Assembly (NCBI RefSeq): GCF_000981445.1
Contig: NC_027217.1
Span: forward strand, 1,984,001-2,048,000
From: Babesia bigemina
Taxonomy: Eukaryota
Direction of reading: 5' to 3'
DNA length: 64,000 bases
Made by a program: the position numbers and the translations under genes. This document shows positions 57,116 to 64,000 of this stretch, piece after piece. The notes beneath the pieces are model-generated. The model was not told where the DNA came from. It made no database searches and worked only from the letters and a program-made list of their open reading frames with translations. Numbering within the stretch: the first letter of the stretch is position 1; every line of letters starts with the position of its first letter.

Positions 57116-57481
57116 ATGGATCGATCCCAGGTACCGTCGCAAAGTTGGACCGGCAATGCGCTCAGGTTGGCCCACCGCTCAACCCGAAGCCCTTCCTCTC
57201 CAAGCTGGCGGGGCAGAGCGTCATGGTGAAGCTGAAATGGGGGATGGAATACAAGGGTTGGTGGCAGTGACGGCGTTTTCATCCGCGTCAGGCATCCTCA
57301 AGTCGTTCGACAGCTACATGAACATCGAGCTCGACGGCGCCGAGGAATGGGAGAACGGCGTGCTGAAGGGGAAGTTGGGCGGCAACATCCTGATCCGGTA
57401 GGTTATCGCGTGCGCCCGTTGACCTTGCGCAGCTGCAACAACATGCTCTACATCAGAGCTGCCGACCCTACGAGCGCTTAA
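57116..57481 (+). CDS. SmF: Small nuclear ribonucleoprotein F (4 exons)
   Basis: Spliced product [49 protein letters not shown]...ILIR|CNNMLYI with three ~35-nt introns. Confidence 0.95.
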
Positions 57482-57982
57482 ACGTTGTTTGCCGGTGTCG
57501 ATAGAAGGTGGCCGGTCGCAGATCACTGCAACTCCTGGCCTTGGCGATTCGGTGAGGGACTGAGCCAACCACGCGGAATTTTTATCTGCACGGTTCTCGC
57601 CAATTAAATCGACATATGAAGACGCATCAAGGGCAACGCAAACGCACGAGCACCTTGCAACATCTGCGATCGCACAAAAAAGTCTCAGTCGCCACCGCGG
57701 CATCCGCAGAACGGTGCCCTCCTAACTTGTGCCTTAATGTTAGAAAAGTAAAGTATCACGGATGGAGTTGTAATGGGACTGTAACACAGTAGTGCTGTTA
57801 CTTCGTGGCTTTGTTTTGGAATCTGGGTTCCGTATTCACGCGAATGGTCTGCTACTCATACCGCGATGCGGAAATCAGGAAATCGGTACGGTGCCAATTT
57901 TCCACGACGGCCACAAAATGGAGACATTTTAGGTGTTTTAACGCTGTCTGTTGCGTGCTACAAAGAGGAGGTCTCGTTAGTG

Positions 57983-59002
57983 TCAGAATTTGACCTCGTT
58001 CAACATGTGGACGTGCGACTTGGCCACCTCGGGGAATACGAACCTGAATGCGATGTTTTGCCACCCGTTCTTCCCCCATGGCATGCTGAGGCTGAGGTTG
58101 ATGTAGAGTCGGTTGTCCTTGCTCCAGAACAGCCCCGCCTTCAGTCCGTCGGTGATGGTCTTCTCGACCAGGACCTCGACCTTCCTGCGCGGGGTCAACG
58201 CCGGGGTGGCATGAACCTACTTTTCCATCGGGTAGAATATGGGGGTGATGGAGTCCTTGCCGCGCTGAATGCCGAGGCCGAAGTTCGACTTCGGACTCAG
58301 GCCCGGGTGGAACACCAGCTCGACCTTGGGGGTGATGTGGACGTACTTGCCCTGCAGGATGTACATGTCCTCCATCCGTTTCAGAAGCTCCACGGAGGTC
58401 TCGTGCGAGCGGTTGTTGTGGGCGGCGTGCAGCACCAGGTCCGCGTGCTGATACGCAAAGTCCAAGCGCCGCAGCGTGTCGGCGAAGTCCAGGACGCCCT
58501 GACTGACCGTCTTTCCGCGGGCGGTCACTGCGTACTGGCACACCTTCGGCATGTCCACGCAGACGCTGCCCATCAAAGTGTTCGCTCCGTCAAGTACCAG
58601 CTGCAACGCATGTTTTTGCGGCACCTTCCACCTACGGTCCCCTCGAGCTTGAACTCGTCGACGAGCTGGTCCAGCTTGGCGTCTTCTATCCTCGCGAGCG
58701 GCTCATGGCGCTGCACGTTGATGGGCACGAGCTGGGTGCCGCAGCGGCTGTGCGGGTCAACGTCGGGGCTGCGCAGGGAGCAGGTCACGTCGAGGTCGCC
58801 GAGGCGGAACGACTTCGAAACGCTCAGCTTCCTGCCGAGGTTGTTGTTCAGCGCATTTGCAGCCTCCATGAACTTGCAATTGTTTGTCACGCCCGGCGAG
58901 GTGATGGCCTTGCACACTGTCTTCGGCGACACGTGTACCGCCTGCGAGCGATTAGGATGCGGCGCGCAACTATCCTCCTACCGAAACCGTCGACAAAGCC
59001 AT
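57983..59002 (-). CDS. Hypothetical 302-aa protein, beta-barrel/porin-like (4 exons)
   Basis: Exons 59002-58982, 58941-58636, 58600-58221, 58184-57983 splice in frame with 35-40 nt introns; strong GC3; alternating hydrophobic strands; C-terminal Phe. Confidence 0.7.
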
Positions 59003-59505
59003 CGCCACCAATGGCGCTAGCACGTACGGAGTGACCATTTTCGGCGCCTTTGAAGGCTATTCAGGTTTAGAAGGCGGTGCCCTTTGGGTGGTCCGCCGTG
59101 CCGGGTTGGATTCCTGCGATCTTAGCGTATTCCGGGTGCTCAACTGCAGCTGCTGAACATGTGCAATTGTCTTGTATCCTCTAGAGTCTTTGGTATGGCG
59201 GGAAGCTTCCGCAAACAGGCTGTTACAGGCAGGCGCCACAGGATTCCACTGCGCTGCTTGATTAGACAGGGTGCATCCGTATACAGCGTTTATGTCGAAT
59301 TAGTTAACGCCACATCTACACAGTTCAGCCTGGCCGCCACAACGGTCCCGCGCTCGCCTGTGTTATGGTGCTTGCGGCACCCAGTCGGCGCGTGAGTATT
59401 CGACCCGGTTCCGGGCACACATCTGGTATGTGTAGCGCCATACGCCCTTTGTGCCATCGCCCGTACGTAATGCGCATACAATAACGTGCTTAGTGCTGTA
59501 TATGC

Positions 59506-61233
59506 CTAGGTTGATTCTTCCGGCGCCGGCCGCAGGAGCGACATCCACGTCGACGGCAGCGGGGCGTCGTGCGCCAGGCTCCCGGAGTCCTCCAGCTCCA
59601 GGCACCTGGACACCATCGGCTTGACCTGCTCCAGGACCTCTTTGAGCTCCTCGTCCCAAAGCTGGCTCGGGGACACCTGCTCGATGTCCTCATCGGCCAG
59701 CCTGAGCTCGGCCTTGAACTCGCTGAACCTTTCGTCGTCCTTGCCGGAGACGATGACGTACGAGGTGCCGCTGTCGTTGGCGCTGCGCAGATTGCCGCTC
59801 TCGCACACGCTCTGCCACCTACCGTGCGGTTCGCCCGATGCGGTGGACGTACGTCGTGACCGACTTGGGGAAGTCGTAGTTGATGATGTTGCGCGTGTTG
59901 GCGAAGTTCATGCCGCGCGAGCCCACGTCGGAGCACACGAGGCACATCGTGTCGTTGCCCTGGAAGCGCTGCAGCACGCTTTCACGCTGCTTCTGCGACT
60001 GCCTGGCGCTCAGTTCCAGAATCTTGAGGTTCGACTGCCTGCGCAGGTGTTGGTGGCGCCGCCACAGTGGACTGACGTGTACAGCGAGAAAACCTCGAGC
60101 GTGCGCGCGGTGGCGTGAGCCGTATCCTTAAACGAGCAGAACACGATGGTCTTCTCCCCGGGCACCGCGCTGCTGAGCAGGCGGCACACCAGGGCGACCA
60201 GCACCAGCTCCTTCTTGCTCCTCGTGGTCTTCACGAACTTCTGCGTGAGGTTCGCGGGCAGGCTGTACAGCGTCTCGGCGCCCTTCAGCAGGAGCGGCCT
60301 GTGCAGCTGCAGCAGGTCGATCTCCGCGGACTTGCTGGGGATGGTGGCCGAGACAACTGCGGGGGGTCAGCGGGCGGCGGGAGTAAACGTACGAATTTTT
60401 TGCGGCCGGTGCCGCGCAAACACGTTATCCGAAGCACTCCGGTCCTGCACTTGGCACTGCTTCGATATGGCCACGACGGCCGCAGTCCAGTTGTAGAAGC
60501 TCTGCGACAGCAGCAGGTCCACCTCGTCGATGATGATCCACTTCAGCGTCGTGAAGTCCAGCGTCTTGTCGTAGGCCGTTTCCCGGTGCATGTAGTGCTC
60601 CACGAACCGCCCGGGCGTGAACACGACGATCTGCGGCCGCTTGTCCAGCAGGTAGGTGTGGTCCTCGATGAACGACGTGTTCCCGTGGCAGGAGTGCACC
60701 CTCAGCAGCTCCCCGCCCCTCAGGTCGTACGTCGCAGGGTCGTCGTCGACGAACCACGCGCATATGTCGTGGATCTGTTTCACCAGCTCCCTGGTGGGAG
60801 CCAGCACCATCGCGGCGAATCCCACTCCTGCGTGCTGTGCGGCGCTAGACCGGGTGCGAACTCACTATTGGTCTGTACTATGCTATTAACGATCGGCAGC
60901 AGGTAGCACAGCGTTTTGCCCTGCCCAGTGGGCGCGGTGATCACGAGGTCGGACGCCGCGGCGGAGAGGCCATCGAGCGCATCACCGCGCAAGAGCATGG
61001 GGATGACTTTCTCCTGCACTGAGGCGATGTGGTCGCGCGATTCGGCACCCACCTGCGAACAGCTGCGTGATGTTGTGCGCCTCTAGCAGGCGTACTAGGT
61101 GTGGGTGGACCTTCCACTGCTCCAGCAGCTCCCTGGCGGGGCGCCCGGAGGCCTGCGGCCCGAGGGTCCTGATGCGATTTACCCATAGCGGCGCCGATTC
61201 GGCCTCGCCGACGCGGGCTAGTTGCGATGCCAT
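59506..61233 (-). CDS. DEAD-box RNA helicase, DDX51/Dbp6-like (multi-exon)
   Basis: LFAVQ Q motif across an intron, APTGQGKT, PTREL, TPGR, DEVD, SAT, ARGMN, HRIGRTAR; LYSLPANL and KELVL segments resemble Dbp6. Confidence 0.88.
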
Positions 61234-61966
61234 GGCCGTGCGCAGGCCACGCTGCCTGTGCCGCTACCGTCACCGACTCGCTGCCCGGCGTCTACGTCAG
61301 CCGCGGGCGACGCGGCACGCCGTCACCTGTAGACATACACCTCGGCGCCTCCACGGGCGATTCTGGACGTACTCGGGTGTCTGTAGCGGCACGTAAAACC
61401 ATCTTCGCCCAGCCGCTGCTACGGAAGTGGGACGGCGGCTGCACTCCCCGGTGGGCGGCGCCGCGGGCGCCCGCCGCGCTGCGCCGCCCACACCTCCGAC
61501 AACACGCCGCGCCGTTGTGGTGAAAATTGCTCCGCGGCAATACCAGTGCAAAACCGCAACTGAGGCAGCTGCTTTCGATTTTTTTTCGCCGACACTGGGC
61601 GCGTCGTTACGTGTAGGTCAGTAGTTGCCGCCACGTGCCCGCGAAAGCTGCAGCCCGCGCATTCCTCAGCGTCCGAGCGTTGCGCGCTTACATTTCAAGA
61701 CGCGCGTCGTCGGCACCGTCCCCGCGTGGTCATCAGCGTCACCATCGGTTGATGTGTGCTGCCTAGACGTGGTCGCTCGCCTACAGGATGCTGAGTCGAG
61801 AGGTGCCGCTCCTGCGTCGGAATTGGTAGGTTCGGTGTCACTGAATTTTAGACTCTGCGGCGGACGGGGTTGCGTGCCCGGTGACCGCCTCTATTATCGC
61901 CTCGGATTAGCATCGTCGTAAGATGCGCACTTGCCCCGCAAACTGCCAGCGTACTTGACGGCTAGA

Positions 61967-64000
61967 ATGAATCCCCAGGGCTCCAGAGTTGACGGGCCGC
62001 CTCCGATGGGCGCGGCCGACGCCAAATCGCCCGGGGCGTCCGATAACCCGCAGCCCCCGCAAGTGATTCGCAAGATCCCGACCTCGGAGGTGATGTCCGT
62101 GCGAGTGGCCATGCAGGACGTGCCCACCGCGGCGGTGGGTGGCGTCGGGAAGCACCCCGGCCACCACCAGCACCACGTGCGCAAGCCTGCAGCGCCGCCT
62201 CCACCGCCGGCCAAGGACCAGAACACCGTAGCCCCGCCCAGCGGCGAGCCCGTGAAGGCGAACCCGCCGGAGATGGTGACCAGGCGGAGGACGTCCAGCG
62301 ATGTCAGCATGGCCTCGCGTCTGCGGTCGGGCTCCGAAAGCTACTACATCGACCGCGAGCTCGAGAAGGTGGTCTTCCCGTACGGGGCGCATACGCCCAA
62401 GAAGACGGACTACGCCAAGCTGCCGCGCCCCGTGAGCAACATCGCCGAGGTGAATGACGAGATCGGCGTCGACCAGATCTCGCCCATGAAGTCCTTCCTG
62501 GGGCAGCAGGCGGCGGACGTCAGCGTGTGCTCGGAGCGCTTCCTGAGCACGACGCTCCGGGAGATTCCGCTCTTCGGCGAGACGCTGGGCCGCATCAAGA
62601 TCCCGCTGGCCGCCGTCGTGCAGCCGTTCGCCGAGGAGGTCGACGGCAAGGTGCCGCTGGTGGACCTGGTGTCCGCCATCGGCGAGGAGAGCCTGTCGAA
62701 GCAGAACCTGATCCGCTGCCCGCGCTGCCAGGCGTACTTCAACCCCGCCATGGAGGACGACTACAGGCTGAACTACCGCCTGTGCAACTTCTGCTACAAC
62801 GGGTTCATGCTCAGCGAGGCGGAGTCCAACGCTTTGACCGCGCTGAAGGGCAGAGACCTCGACAACGCCCGCGTCGCGCCGATCATGCACGGCAGCGTCG
62901 ACTTCGTGGCGCCGCTGCGCTACTACGTGCGCGACCTCGGGGAGGATGTGACCATAGCCAAGCAGCTGACGTCCCTGCTGTCGCGCGCCAGCGAGCTCAC
63001 CTCGATGATCCCGTTGCTGAACAACCCCATGTCCCCCAAGAAAGACGTCGTGTACTCGACCTACGACGTCAAGGACCTGAGTCAGCAGTTCGAGGGGATG
63101 GGCCCCACGGGCCACCCGCACCACGAGCACCTGGGCGGAGCGGCAGACGAGCCCTCCTCCGAGGCCGCGGCGGGGGCTCCCGCCGTCTCGGTGCTGCAAA
63201 CCCCCGCCAGCGTGCCGTCGGCCCCCCAGTGGAAGAAGGATATCGTGCGCAAGCCCGCCTACGTGATTGTCGTGGATGCCACGGCCAACTCGGCCAAGAT
63301 GGGCCTGCGCAACGCCGTGCTGCAAAGCATGCGATCGGTGTTCGAGGAGTGCGCCGCCAGCCGCACCCCCGTCAAATTCTGCGTCATCACGTTCGACTCC
63401 GTCGTGCATTTGTATTCGCGGCGCCGTGGCTTCTTCCAGGTGAACGTCGTTTACGAGGTGTGGGACCACTTTTCGCCCAGCTGCGCGGACGAGCTCTTTA
63501 TCGAGTTCGATGGCACCAACCTGGAGGACGTCAATAGTTATTTGGACGGCATCTCACGCCTCGAAGTGCCAGCGAACGCCTCGTCGTCGTGCGGTAATTT
63601 TGCGCTATCAGTGGGTGTGTCCCTGTTGGCCGAAGCCAACACGCCGGGAACGGTCTGCATCTTCTACTCGCAGCCGCCGGAGATGGGACTGGGCTACTGC
63701 CACAACCCCACGGTCTCCTCCGATTTCAGCATGGAGGAGTCGCTCAAGATGTTCTACGACGGGATCATACAGCAGTGCTACGAAAGCGGCATCGCGGTGG
63801 ACGTGTACCTCTGCGCGTCCTTCGAACGCATGCCGGGAGACGTGTGCCTGCAGTACGTGAGCCAGCAGACGGCCGGCATCGGCTGCAGCTTCCCGGCGTT
63901 CGAGGCGGTGTCCGACGCCCCGAAGATTGTCAAGAACCTGGTGCGGCTCTTCAGCCTCCCGCATGCGTACAACTGCGAGTTGAAGCTGCGCTGCAGCAAG
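61967..64000 (+). CDS. Sec24-like COPII coat protein, 5' part (runs off window)
   Basis: Not in the ORF track because it has no stop in the window. From ATG 61967: Pro-rich N-terminus, IPLAAVVQPFA, IRCPRCQAYFNP...LCNFC zinc finger, GSVDFVAP, PAYVIVVDAT trunk domain, ELKLRCSK. Confidence 0.9.
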   Translation, partial: MNPQGSRVDGPPPMGAADAKSPGASDNPQPPQVIRKIPTSEVMSVRVAMQDVPTAAVGGVGKHPGHHQHHVRKPAAPPPPPAKDQNTVAPPSGEPVKANPPEMVTRRRTSSDVSMASRLRSGSESYYIDRELEKVVFPYGAHTPKKTDYAKLPRPVSNIAEVNDEIGVDQISPMKSFLGQQAADVSVCSERFLSTTLREIPLFGETLGRIKIPLAAVVQPFAEEVDGKVPLVDLVSAIGEESLSKQNLIRCPRCQAYFNPAMEDDYRLNYRLCNFCYNGFMLSEAESNALTALKGRDLDNARVAPIMHGSVDFVAPLRYYVRDLGEDVTIAKQLTSLLSRASELTSMIPLLNNPMSPKKDVVYSTYDVKDLSQQFEGMGPTGHPHHEHLGGAADEPSSEAAAGAPAVSVLQTPASVPSAPQWKKDIVRKPAYVIVVDATANSAKMGLRNAVLQSMRSVFEECAASRTPVKFCVITFDSVVHLYSRRRGFFQVNVVYEVWDHFSPSCADELFIEFDGTNLEDVNSYLDGISRLEVPANASSSCGNFALSVGVSLLAEANTPGTVCIFYSQPPEMGLGYCHNPTVSSDFSMEESLKMFYDGIIQQCYESGIAVDVYLCASFERMPGDVCLQYVSQQTAGIGCSFPAFEAVSDAPKIVKNLVRLFSLPHAYNCELKLRCSK

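Noticed and set aside
57866..59020. 384-aa + strand ORF
   Set aside because: Antisense to the 4-exon minus-strand gene, which has proper splice sites and codon bias.
61907..63469. 520-aa minus-strand ORF and 336-aa alternative-frame ORF
   Set aside because: The real gene is the + strand Sec24-like frame from 61967.

Overview
Eukaryotic, intron-containing DNA from a piroplasmid apicomplexan, most likely a Babesia of the B. bigemina/B. ovata type. This is inferred from many 33-40 nt GT-AG introns, GC-rich third codon positions, a ves-like antigen gene and apicoplast-targeted genes. Two accessory islands (about 1-4.6 kb and 21.9-38.3 kb) carry paralogous MFS transporters, a duplicated ~0.9 kb downstream element, and ves/secreted-antigen-like genes. 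The core blocks encode an RNB exoribonuclease, CHMP1/Vps46, COPI beta-prime, apicoplast L35, a TFIIS-N domain protein, METTL14, SHMT, ATP synthase beta, NOM1/Sgd1, apicoplast PREX, an auxilin-like J protein, a rhomboid pseudoprotease, dUTPase, SmF, a DEAD-box helicase and a Sec24-like protein. The main leads are: (1) a ~300 nt highly structured, U-tract-flanked RNA of unknown family inside an unusually large dUTPase intron; (2) an in-frame signal plus transit peptide on SHMT that starts at TTG; (3) a 302-aa beta-barrel/porin-like orphan; (4) a 35-bp hairpin minisatellite between convergent genes; (5) a cryptic spliced ORF co-duplicated with the MFS genes. Family calls come from motif recognition by eye and exon models are manual; no database searches were run.
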